A stretch of DNA of 37,522 nt from Intoshia linei (lineage: Eukaryota; Animalia; Orthonectida): assembly GCA_001642005.1 (NCBI GenBank), contig LWCA01000238.1, forward strand, positions 1 to 37,522. Reading direction: 5' to 3'. The position numbers and the translations under genes were made by a program. The notes below the pieces were generated by a model. That model had not been told where the DNA came from, searched no databases, and worked only from the letters and a program-made list of their open reading frames with translations. Below, one piece after another: positions 1-11,657 of the stretch (position 1 is the stretch's first letter; every line of letters begins with the position of its first letter).

Positions 1-130
1 TTTGACAATTTTGTTAACTAAACTCCGAATAGTTTTCATGTCTTTCATTCTAACAAACATTCTGTTCCTTCTATTGGTTTAGTACATGTAATTTAATTAA
101 CGTAAATTTAATATATACCTTATTTATATT

Positions 131-427
131 TGGCATCGGCAACCAGTGGTCCACATATTAATTTTGGTGGCCTTTTGAGTAAATGATTTATTTTTAAATT
201 TTTATCAATCAATATATAACCGTCATAAAAAATGGGATTAAAATTTTAATTAGAATGCATTGTTACATTAATTAAAGTGAATAATAAATTTATCAAAATT
301 AATCATGATTTGATATTACCTACGCAAAAATCTATTTGTTTGTATTATAATAAAATTTTAATGAAATTTATCATGTGTTAAGTTTGATAAAAGTAGTCCA
401 CGAGATGAAAAAGGTTGCCGAACCCTG
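131..427. mobile_element. Degenerate hAT-like MITE
   Basis: Right end reads aaggttgccgaaccctg (reverse complement cagggttcggcaacc). A degenerate left copy ggcatcggcaacc lies near 132-145. No clear TSD. Confidence 0.45.
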
Positions 428-638
428 ATTTACATTAGTGTTAATAATTTATTATTAATATAGCTGCCCCTCGTGTTAAAATTGATTTAGTCACATACGC
501 GTAACATATTAATTTTAGAATCATCTTTCTCTTCAAATATATTTTCTTCAGTTGACATATCATAATTAAATGATGGACTACCATAAGATCCACATTGACG
601 GGCCATACGAATTTTTCTTTTTTATATGGATTATCATT

Positions 639-1109
639 TTATTTCCTGGCCATATATCCTGTTCCGATTTTTTGCTTCTCAAGAAAATCTATATCTTCAC
701 TAAGTGTCTTGCTTTGGTCGAATTTGGCAACCTCAAATAAAGCATTTAAGTCATGCTTAAAATTGTTTGATACATGAGAATTAGGATTTCTTAATGCATT
801 TTTGTAATTTTGAAATAAATATTTTAATTTAACATAAATACGTTCAATGCCTATTATATTCAATCCAGTTTTACAATATATATCGAAAATTTCTCTACCA
901 ATACCACGAAATGGCAATATGTTTTGATTCTTTTTTGACAATATTTTGCAAAGAACATTTTTATTAGTAGGTAGCTTCTGTTTATTAAAAATGAAACCAA
1001 CATATAGACCAACCAAAATATCTCCAATTCTTGTGGTCATTTTTGATATTTTAAAAGATTGCAATAAAATTGAATTGAAATTGATATAAAAAAAATGAAC
1101 GTAAATCAA
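639..1109 (-). pseudogene. DNA-transposase N-terminal fragment (hATm-like)
   Basis: Motifs KQKLPTNKNVL and DLNALFEVA...EDIDFLEKQK.G.GYM recall N-termini of invertebrate hATm-type transposases (from memory). A TAGGGTGTCACATTT-type terminus lies upstream on the same strand at about 2222-2236. No catalytic core is visible. Confidence 0.45.
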
Positions 1110-1375
1110 ATATTCAATAGCGTAAAATATTTAATATATGTGCTGCAGTATTTATAAGGCGAGATTAATAATAAATAATGATTAGATATTAATTAATCCA
1201 AGATTATATTTCAATTAAATTATATTGGTAGTGTAATCTGTCCAAGAAAAAAAAAGGAAAAATACTTTGATTATAATACTTTATAATAACAAATCTCCTT
1301 AACAGGATTATTTTTAATAAAAAAATAATTTTAATCTCTTAATAATAGTCACTCGAATTATAAACAAAAGGCTTA

Positions 1376-1597
1376 ATGGAAGAGACTAACATCAACATGG
1401 AATCGAACAGTATAAAATTATTTTCGACAATAAGAGGAAAGGCTAAGCTATACCACTTTGGATATATGTATACAATACATCAAAGGAACATAACCACATT
1501 ATACTGGAAATTTGTAAGTTTTGGTTGTAAAGGTAGAATCACATCCAATCATGATCTTGAAACAACAATTCATGCAAATAATATTAACTCTATATAA
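1376..1597 (+). pseudogene. FLYWCH zinc-finger remnant, probably from a Mutator/MULE transposase
   Basis: STIRGKAKLYHFGYMY...LYWKFVSFGCKGRI matches the FLYWCH pattern, but the Cys after YWK is replaced by F and the ORF is truncated. Confidence 0.65.
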
Positions 1598-2456
1598 ATA
1601 TAAATAAAATTATAAAAATAAATTTATTTAATTCAATAATATATAATTTAAATATAATTATCGACAAATGTGCAATTAAGAATTATTATAATACAATTAT
1701 CATGAAAAAAAATTTCCTGAATATATTGTGAAAGATTAATTTAATTTGATCTTTTTAAAAATGACTTAAAAGTTATTTTAACAATTATTATCTAATAAAT
1801 TTTGGTATATTATGGAATCTCTGTATTGACCATATTTATTGCAAACATGACTAACAAGATCGTGAATGTCTTGTATTTGAATGAATTTATTATATTGTAA
1901 ATAACCAGAATTCGAGAAATTAAATCGTTAATAAAATCCAAAAAAATTGAGCTAGAAACAAATTTAAAAAAATAAACTGTATAACTAAACATGGAGAACA
2001 GTATTATAAGAGCGGTACCACGTTTAAAAGTTCAAACGCCGATTTCTGTTAAAATAAAGTTCAGTTTTAATTTCTTCATAATATTTATAAGTGATATTTA
2101 AAATGACAAACGCAACTCGAATAGATAGCGTTAAATATTTTTGATTGCAAATTAGTTTTTCTATTTTAAAAGTACACACTTTTAGTGCTAATTGCTCATC
2201 GAATTCTAAAATTTTCCAAAAAATGTGACACCCTAATGACCACTTACAGTACTGCAATTTACATTTGGATAAATTTAAGTTTTCAGTCAATTAGATAAAA
2301 TTTTTAATTTATTTATTCTACATGTATTTGTATTTGGTATACTGATAAAAAACAATTATAAATTATTTTCATTTCATTTTATATTTATACACCGTATCAT
2401 ATTAATTGTAAACATTGATATGAATAAGTATCATAATTGTATCTAAAATAAAAAGT

Positions 2457-5400
2457 ATGAGTAAACGAGACAATTTAAAACTAGATAGTATTGAATTCTC
2501 AAAAATTTTGAGTCAATTCCGATTAAATAGGTTACAACGAAACATGGAAAGTGATGAAAATGGTAAACATTTAAATTTTAAAGTCTTAAATGTATTTATG
2601 TTTTATAAATTCAGAAAAACTGAACAATAAATATTTAGATTTGAATAAATCAAATCAATTCAAATTAACGTTAACTTGTCCAGACTGTCATGTCATTAAT
2701 CCAGTTTATAAATTGACATGTGAAAACTGTTTCAAAACATTAAATGATGCAAATTTAACCAAATCAAGAACATTTCTAAATTTGAAAAATTATTCCGGGA
2801 AATCTCTATTAAATTGCACAGATAATAACTTCAAGAAAATAAAACAAATCAATGTTTCAGATATTTGCATAGATATTTTTATCAAAATATGTAAATTTCT
2901 ATCCATTTCTGATATCATCAACTTTGCTAAAATTTCGACAAAATTTTTTAAGTATAGGAATTGTTCCAGTTTGTGTAAGTAATTTATTTCATTGTAAAGA
3001 TTTCCAATCTAGTCACTTTTAAGAAGTTGGTGTTTTTAAACAACATAACACCGTTTTTGACGTTATTAAGGGAAAAGCACTTGACATCATAAAGTACATA
3101 TTACATGGTCATTGACCATTGGTCATGCAAATATATATTAGGGCAATGCTTTCCAAATATTTGTGGTTGGTGATACCTATTTCAATCTAAAAAAAAAATC
3201 AAAAAAATAAACGATTGATTAATAAATATAGTTGAATCAATTTTTTTCTAATAATAATCTGAAAATAAGCTATGTAAAATTTATCCTTATCAATAAAAAT
3301 ATCTTTGATTTGCATTTTTACGTCTTCCACTTGTATTGTCTGCTAATAAAATTTAAAAAAAATTAAATAAAATTTTAAGTTTGGCGACACACAAAAGTGT
3401 CACGACACACCGGTTGGAAAGCACTGTATTAGGGTATGAATTTTAGTAATTTTTTTGAAAATTTTATGGTATAGGAATCAGGGCGGATCTAAGAGGCTAG
3501 TCAATGGAGTGCGAGCGAAGCGAGCAATATATTTAACTTTAAAAAATTTTAGGGGCGTCTCTTTAATATCAAGAGCGTCTAGTTTGATTTTAAAGCGTGT
3601 CTTTTAATTTCATTTAAAGGGTATTATACAATAATTTCCAAATTTGTATTTTTTCGCAAAAATAAAAAAAATGTAATTTTATGTGCCATCTATATTGTTT
3701 TAATAAATTAAAACCTTTTTCAGTTATTTACAAAACATTAATTAAAAATTTAGGGGTCCAACTGCACCTTTTTCACCCCTTGAATCCGCCCCTGAGGAAC
3801 AGATAAAGTCGCGTATGGCAGTTTTATGACTACAATAAAAAAAATAATTTTAAAGAATTTTTTGAAGGAACGTTTGCGATTCTAAAGACCCTATACAAAA
3901 ATGTTCTACAAAAACAAAAATATTCTTTTATTTAATGGAATGTTATAATGACATACTGTAGTTATTTCTTGAGTGGTCTTGTGTTCATCTTCATATTTGG
4001 TTGGTGACTTTTCATTTTTAAATTCAATTCTACCTCGTTGACTGTTTATTTTTATTTAAAGTAAAAATTTTTATCCTAACTTATATAATATGCTACGCGA
4101 TTTTTGTTTGTGTGTGTCTGTGTGTCCAGCTTTTTTTAAATAACTACCCGTCTTAGAATTTTATAAAATCCACATTTCAATTACAGTTTCTTCCGGGGTG
4201 TTCGCAAACATAATTTCAACCTTCCAAACACATCTTACTGGTCAAAAACCCCAATTGTTACTATTTTTAAAAATTAAACGAGTTGGAAAATTTAAAAAAA
4301 TGTATATGCTGATACGGATTTTAAAATCATAAACATTATCATATATTTAAATTTAAAAAAATATCTTCACGGCCAAAACCACAAATTACCCTTCTTTTTA
4401 TAATGAAAACAGCCTTAAACTTTCAAAAAAATTATAGGTTGTACAGTTGTATCCTGTTAATACACACAGAAAATTTCAATCCGAATAAGTGACGACTTCA
4501 CGGTCAAAAAAGCATTTAATGCATATTTTTTTTTCAAAATATTTTATTATTTCGAAACAAAAAATGTAAAATAATTAACGGTCCGAAAATTTAAAAAAAA
4601 GATTATTCTGATAAAGCTTATTCCAGTTGAACATTTTTGTATGGGCCTTTAAAATCGCAAGCTTCTCCGCAAATTTTTTTCCAATTTAAATCAGTGGCGT
4701 AGCGTGACTTTTCTCACAAGGTGTTCGGGAAATGGTTTCTTGGTAACATAACATTTTTAAATAAAGTTAAAATAAATACCGAAATATAAAGAAATGTTCA
4801 TAAGGGGTCGTGAATACAGAAAATTTGAAAACCACTTCTATAAAGTATACTTGAAAGATAACTTGTATTTAATATGAATTTAATTTGTTTCATTCTTTAA
4901 ATAAAATTTTTGACCAATTAGAAATAAAATACTGTATTTAAATTAAAGTCTAAATCTATATCTAAGTGTAAGTTTTTCATTTATTTGCAACACCCTTCAG
5001 TAAAATTTGACAATGTAAATCTCTAGAAAATATTTCCATATTGTGAATGTTAGCAAAAGATGTAACATAAGATACTATCAAATTGTGTTCGCTAAATTTT
5101 CAAGACACCTTGAGTATAATATTAAAATTTAAATCTCTATAGAAAATAATTAAATAATGAAAACATCGCAATAATGAAAGTATAGTGTTAAGTCTAAATC
5201 TATATCTAAGTGCAAGGTGTTCATTTTATTTTCAACACACCTTAAGTAAAATTTGACAATGTAAATCTCTATAGAAAATATTTTCATATTATAAATGTGA
5301 GCATAAATTTATCATTAAGATACAGTAAACACTCGAAAAGTGACCACTTTTACCACTAAAGTTAAATTCATAATATCACTATAGTTACATATTTTTTTAA

Positions 5401-8400
5401 AATGCAGTATTATTTTACATACCATACATTTATCATTTTAACAATAACCGAAACAGAAGCTGATTGATTAATCGACTAAAATTATTAATTACGTTGACCA
5501 TCACCTTGAAAATATATTAAAAATAAGACCAGAAATTTCTAAGCTAATCATATATTATTTGTCTATTATACAAAAATATTTCATAGATTCCATCCTTTAT
5601 TAATTTTTCAAAATCTTTTAATTTTTTATTTTCTGCTATATTTTAATTGTCAATAACGTCATTAATTTGGTCTTTAATAAAATTGACATGTTTTAATTTA
5701 TATTATTTGGTCACTTTTTGGAGGTGGTCACCTATACAAAGTGGTCACTTTTCGAGTGTCTACTGTACTATAATTTTGTGTTCGCTAAATTTTCAAGACA
5801 CCTTAAGTCAGTGCTTTCCAACGTGTGTGTCGTCAAACTTTTTAAAATTTATTCAATTTATTTTTTAAAATTTGTATGACCAAATAAAATTTTTGGTTCT
5901 AAATAGCATAAATAAGATTTTCAAATGAAAATAAAATTTTCACATAACTAAAATAGTGTTATTTTTTATTAAATTTGATTAAATTCATCACCAAAATGAT
6001 TATTTTACAGTCAAAATCAATAAATAAAGCATCAAGAATATGTTCATCCAAACAATCACAAATTTCATTAATTTTGTAATTTATTAGATATAAACATTTA
6101 TATTATACATGTATTTGAAATGATCTCATTATTTTTGTATTTGTTTATGTTTATTTACACTTCTTTCAATTTATATATTTTTTTAATAACATTACATATA
6201 TAATTATTTTTAATCTATAGTGGAGCAATAATTTTATATTTATTTTGAGATTCTTATTAGAAAAAATTTCGATGTCGCAAAAAGTTTTCAGATTGAAATG
6301 TGTGTCGCATACCAAAATGGGTTGGAAAGCACTGCCTTAAATTAAGTATAATTTTAGAATTTAAATCTCTATAGAAAATATATATCCAATTTTTACGATG
6401 TACAAATTTATTCTAATTGAAATTTATTATGAGTGTAAAATTTTGTATTGATGTTTTTTAAAGATAGATTTTAACAGATAATTTATTATTGACATTTTAT
6501 ATGAATATCGAATATGAACTATGATATGATATCGAACTTAAATTATAAAAATTAGGTTATTTATTAAATGTAATTTTTTTAAATTTTAAATTGTCTAGGG
6601 TGTTCGGCGAACACCTTGCACACTATGACGCTACGCCACTGATTTAAATTTATTTTTTTGGTATTGTCATTTTTGATTAATTACTCTATTTTTCCATTCC
6701 TGCACTTTATTTTTAAAATTTTTCACAGCCCTAATATATATCTAAATTTATTTTATAGTTAAATCTGTTAAAATTCAAAATAATAAAGACGTCACTACAC
6801 TTGACAATATTGATGGAATAAAGGAAATTAATGTATTTGTCAATTTAAATACACTATATTTACCTCGCTTAATTAAAATTGCGAATGAATTACAATTGAA
6901 GGTAATTATTTTTCAATGAAGGTTACTAGATATGGTTGAACACGAACGACTTTGAACAAGCAAACAGTTGATAGGTCACATCCTGTATTGGAATAAAAAA
7001 TTATTTGCATTGTTAACATTGTAAATTATTTAATGAGTAAATTATACTAATAACTTACATTGTCTAATATATAGTAGTGTTGTCCTAACTTATATCATAT
7101 GCTAGCCATTTTTGTTTGTGCGTGTGTGTGTTCAACTTTATTTAAATAATTACCGTCTTAGAATTTTATAAAGTCCACATTTCAATTACAGTTTTTCCGG
7201 GGGTGTTAGCAAAATAAATTTCAACCTCCTAAACTCTCATTTTACGTGTCAAAAAGCCCAATTATCTTTTTTTTGAAAATCAAACGAGTTCGAGAATTTA
7301 AATAAACACTCTGTTACGGATTTTAAAATCATACATATTATTATAAATTTAAATTTAAAAAAATATATCTTCAGGTCCAAAACCCCAAATTACCCTTTTT
7401 TTAATGAAAACAGCCCTAGAATTTAAAAAAATTTCAATCTTAATAAGTGACGCCTTCACGGTCAAAAAAACATTTTAGTATTCATATATTTTTTTCCGAA
7501 ATATTTTATTCAAACAAAAAATGTGAAATAATTAACTGTCCGAAAATTAAAAAAAAAGATTATTCTAATAGAGCTTATTCCAGTTGATATAAATACAAAA
7601 TTTCAACCCCAAAAATCTACGCATTCCTGGTGAAAAATAATTTTTAATATATTATCAGCCATATTTTTCAAATATTTCGATAAAAAGAATAAAAATTAAA
7701 AACGTAAATATTGATCCTACAATTTAAATTTATTTTAGTTGTTTTTAACAATAATTTAATTATATATTTTATTTTTATTTAATTTAATACAATAACAATT
7801 TAAATATAATTCCAACATAATTTACCGTTAAACTTAAGTAAGTGCAACTTCATGCACTTCACACAAAACAAAAACGATTTTCACCCCACGTTAAAGATCC
7901 ACAACCACGTACTACAGAAAATAACCTCTGTCAAAGATTTGGGAGCCACGTTTACAGATTATGGAAAATTCGACCAACACATTGAACACGTTGTGCGTGC
8001 TGCTAAAATTGAGACATTCAGAATTAAAAAAACTCTTGCCTTGCGACACCCCAAATATCTACTTCCTCCTTTTAAATTATTTATTCTACCAAAAATCGAA
8101 TACGCAAGCCAAGTTTGGAACCCATCAAAAAAGAAAAATATAAAACGTCTCGAATCTGTTAACAAAAAAAATCTATTCCGTTCTAATATGTCACTTCAAC
8201 ATAGAAGGTCACTCATGGACCTCAACCTTATCCATAAAATACTAAATTCAAACATAATCTTACCTATCCAATTTAATCATACAACAACCCGACAAAATTG
8301 AAAAATATTTAAAAAACGATTTGCGACAAACCTCAAATAATCATCGGATCGCGAATAACGAATCACTGGAACCAACTACCCAAAGCAATTACATCACTCA

Positions 8401-10614
8401 AATCCTCAACAGTTTTCAAAAAGCAAACCACAAAAGTTAATTTTAAAAAAACTATTACTTAAAGCAATATATATTGTATACAAGCAAATTGCTTACTTCA
8501 ATAAATTATTATTATTATTATTAAATATAAAATTGAAAATGTGATTGAACGTCTACACATTTCTAATTAAGAAATATGGATTGAAATATATAATTTATTT
8601 TTAATTTTCAAAACCTTTTGAATTGGATTTTATTTTTTGTTAGAATAAAAATGTGCCATCGGCAGAGCCAGGTGCTGTTTGTACGTAGTACATAACAGTC
8701 AACCTAGTACAATATAATCAGAATACATAGTTTAGCTAAATTTTACCGTAGTGTAATATATTTGTAGGTTTCAAATATAAAAACATCATAATTAATCTAA
8801 TGGTCAGTATTTATTATTACCAGTTACCAAAAATTAGGAATTACTGCAGTGCTCACTGCAAATATAAATAAGAATTTCTAGAAATTACTATTTAATTTAG
8901 AAATTAAAACTATATGGTGCCATTAATTCAATTTTGGACAAGAAATATTTCATTAAAGAATGGGACAATAAATTGCTCAGAAATTTACTACAAAATGTAA
9001 ATTGGACGTCTATTTGTCTGATGAACAGTATTCAATTTAGCCAAGATCAATTTTTAATGTTTATATGTATATTAAAATTGAAAAAGGAGACTTGCATTAC
9101 TGAATTATGTTTGATAAATCAAGCCAGTTTGACTGACAAAATTATACATAAAATGTTACATCATTGTGGCAAAAGGTTTATTATAATTTTATATACTCAG
9201 TGTCCCACAATTCAGATCCAAAAATACCAAGCGCAAGGCCACCCGAAAATGAAAAATAGACCCAAAATTGTTTTTCAAATGATGCCTAGTATCATATGGT
9301 CCTAGCCACATATTCAATAGTCTTAGAGGTTTCTCGGCATGGTAGTTTCGGCACTGTTCCAATCTGAGTATGGTTCAAGCTCCTTTCTAAAAATTATTTT
9401 TACTGATCCCTATAAAAGTACTTGTATTGTACAAAGTACCATATATAAACGCAAAGATGGATTAAAAACGTCGATTAAATATTTGTGGTATCCCCTTGCA
9501 ATTCGCTAATCTTTCCGTTTGAAAACCGCTGTATTAACTTAATTTATATTTATTCTAGGTTAACGAATCTTGATTTAACCAATTGTACAAACTTATCAAA
9601 TTTTGTTTGTCATTCAATTTCACAGTGTTGTTTAGTTTTAGAATTACTTAGTTTGGATAATATCAAGCAGGTTATATTATATTTAAAATTTAACATTGTA
9701 ATGCGTAACAGCACATGAATAATTCATATTTTTAATAAATTTGTTAACCTAATTATTTTCAAATAATTTAAATCAAAAATTAGTTTAAAATATTTTCCAA
9801 AACTACCACATTTAGGGATAGGGAAAATGTCAGCTGACTTTGGCTAAACCTGGATTTTATATGTGTTGTTGGCCACAAGAAAATAAATTATACAATTGTT
9901 TTGTAGATAAAAAGTAATGGAATATGCCAATTAGCTAAATTATCTTCCAGTTTACTTGAAATATCAATGATTGGTCTCATTCGGGTAATATAATTATGAA
10001 TGAATAAAGTACAGTGAAGCTCTCATTATTCGCCAAATAAGAATTGAAAAGTTTTAGCGAATAATGCAACGTAGTTTCTAGACAACTTCTAACCCATTTA
10101 ATATATCATTATGGATATACAAAAAATTACTTAACTGTGGCAATCTTTAGCTAGATTAAAATATAACGATTATATTAGTGATTACTTTATGATGATATTG
10201 ATTTTGGTCATTTCTTTAAAAACATAGTATTTTTGAGTATACTTTTTAGAAGAAAACAATTAGTTGAAATGACCAATCACCATTTAATGTTTAGTAAAAT
10301 TGATACGGTAATGTAAACCTCTACATGTTATAATATTTTAGATACGAAGTAAAGCCATGATTATTTTTCTAGAAAATCACCAAAAATTAACTTTCCTTAA
10401 TGTATCAAAATGCGTTCGACTTAGAAATGATATTATTCCATGTATTTTCAAAATCTGTACCAATTTAAAGTAATTTATATTAATTTGATCCTTATATATG
10501 AATGTATATTTATATTAATAAATTTTTAGATGTTTAAACGTTTACAAATGCGACAAAATTGAAAAAAATGAAATTGCTGTATTCAAGAATCGAATACAAC
10601 ACATTATTTGCTGA
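2457..10614 (+). CDS. F-box/LRR-repeat protein with an N-terminal RanBP2-type zinc finger (8 exons)
   Basis: Phase-consistent GT-AG exons: 2457-2562, 2615-2974, 6759-6901, 8901-9175, 9559-9670, 9907-9984, 10342-10469, 10530-10614 (TGA). Zinc finger CPDCHVINPVYKLTCENC (C-x2-C-x3-N-x6-C-x2-C). F-box VSDICIDIFIKICKFLSISDIINFAKISTKF..SSLFKSVKI. Cys-containing LRRs such as LTNLDLTNCTNLSN, LTFLNVSKCVRLRN and LKCLNVYKCDKI. Confidence 0.85.
3144..3426. mobile_element. hAT MITE with 8-bp TSD TATTAGGG
   Basis: TIRs caatgctttccaa / ttggaaagcactg. tattaggg occurs at 3136-3143 and 3427-3434. Same family as 5809-6334. Confidence 0.85.
3479..3794. mobile_element. MITE with CAGGG(G)CGGAT TIRs (hAT-like)
   Basis: TIRs cagggcggatct / gaatccgcccctg. 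Imperfect flanking duplication aggaat / aggaac. Confidence 0.75.
4074..4630 (+). mobile_element. Non-autonomous Helitron family, 3'-truncated copy
   Basis: Begins a|TCCTAACTTATATAATATGC with a tgtttgtgtgtg microsatellite. Colinear with the complete copy at 16605-17640. Confidence 0.8.
4946..5322. repeat. Internal tandem duplication (about 245-bp period) within the hAT element
   Basis: aagtctaaatctatatctaagtg...taaaatttgacaatgtaaatctcta... occurs at about 4946 and about 5190. The second unit resumes at 5766-5808 and after 6342, following two insertions. Confidence 0.8.
5323..5765. mobile_element. Tc1/pogo-type MITE with TA TSD
   Basis: About 28-bp TIRs: ta|cagtaaacactcgaaaagtgaccacttt and aaagtggtcacttttcgagtgtctactg|ta. 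Confidence 0.9.
5809..6334. mobile_element. hAT MITE with 8-bp TSD CCTTAAGT/CCTTAAAT
   Basis: TIRs cagtgctttccaac / gttggaaagcactg. Subterminal gtgtgtcg motifs. TSD has one mismatch. Confidence 0.9.
7083..8707 (+). mobile_element. Non-autonomous Helitron, both ends intact, interrupted by a LINE
   Basis: 5' end TCCTAACTTATATC. 3' hairpin ctgtttgtac-gta-gtacataacag followed by CTAG|t at 8704-8708. Confidence 0.85.
7800..8523 (+). mobile_element. 5'-truncated non-LTR retrotransposon (CR1/L2-like RT C-terminus), decayed
   Basis: ORF 7852-8301 has VKDLGATF, FDQHIEHVV and LPKIEYASQVWNP..LESV, typical of the RT thumb/C-terminus of CR1-group LINEs. Ends with aataaa plus a (TTA)n tail at about 8500-8523. 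The 5' limit is approximate. Confidence 0.85.
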
Positions 10615-11657
10615 TCCTTACAAACATCTTTAAATTTTCACACATTATACTCCATTATAAAATTTTTTATTTTTTATTAAAAAAGACAATTTAAACTCTA
10701 ATTGTATAAATTTATGTTCTATAAAAGTATTACTATTAATAATATTCTATTTTTACTTTTTAATAAACAGGGTAGTTTATGCAATGAAAATTCGAATGTT
10801 GTGTCAATTTTCGGTTATATATGATTATTTTTACAACTGATCAGAATAAGGTATCTGTAGTAGTCGCACACAGAGCCGAACCTACCGAGAACGAGGCTAC
10901 CGAAAATTAAAAATAAACCCTAAAAAAAATTTCGAAAACGATGCGTAATATCATATGACGCCTAGGCACCTTTCCAAGTCTCTGCTAAATATTTCAAATT
11001 TAATATTCAAAATATTTACGATATTCATGAATATATTTAATGCTCAATTTAGAAAAATTAGGCACCCATTTACAAAAATTTCGTCGAAGCCGCCGAAAAT
11101 GGTCTGGTATGATATGTTCGACACTGGTCGCACATATCAGATATTTCATCTTCTACTAATAAGAGTACCTGACTCATATATCGCAAACTTTTTCAAACAT
11201 TATTATAATTTGAAATTGCCATTAATAGTCATTAATTGTTTTGATAAATAACTGAAATAATGCATAAATAAATAATAATAAATAGAATTGAAACCTAAAT
11301 TTTTTAAATATCAATAAAAAACTACGATCATATTTATTATTTAATTGTATGTTTTGATTTTAATTTGTTATAAAACAATTATTTTCAAAATTCTTGAAAT
11401 CTTTGAAAAAGAAAATTGAAAGAAACTGAATAGAAGAAATAAATAATATAAAATATGAAGAAAATGGGTGAATGTGAAAATGAAACCAATAATTATTTTA
11501 TTACAAGACAATATTATGCTAAAATAAAGTTGATATTATATGATTACTATGCTTCAAAAATTTGAAAATTTAAAAAATATAATTTTATTTTATTACAAAT
11601 AAATCCACATCATACAATCAAGACTCCATATATATCTAAAATAACAATTAAAATCTT

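Larger units (their letters stand above)
4692..6641. mobile_element. hAT non-autonomous element with 8-bp TSD ATTTAAAT
   Basis: TIRs cagtggcgtagcgt / acgctacgccactg. Perfect atttaaat at 4684-4691 and 6642-6649. Confidence 0.9.
3139..6733. mobile_element. Outer TIR element (TAGGG...CCCTA) hosting nested insertions
   Basis: Left end tagggtatgaa; right end ttcacagcccta. A long internal inverted match pairs about 3860-3906 (tttgcgattctaaagaccctatacaaaaatgttc) with about 4629-4680 (gaacatttttgtatgggcctttaaaatcgcaa). Confidence 0.55.

Noticed and set aside
3013-3093. Possible extra F-box exon after 2974
   Set aside because: The tested phases hit stops or do not join the next exon. Direct splicing of 2974 to 6759 gives a clean F-box end.
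10955-11251. 98-aa ORF between the F-box and cullin genes
   Set aside because: Lies in repeat-like sequence and has no domain.
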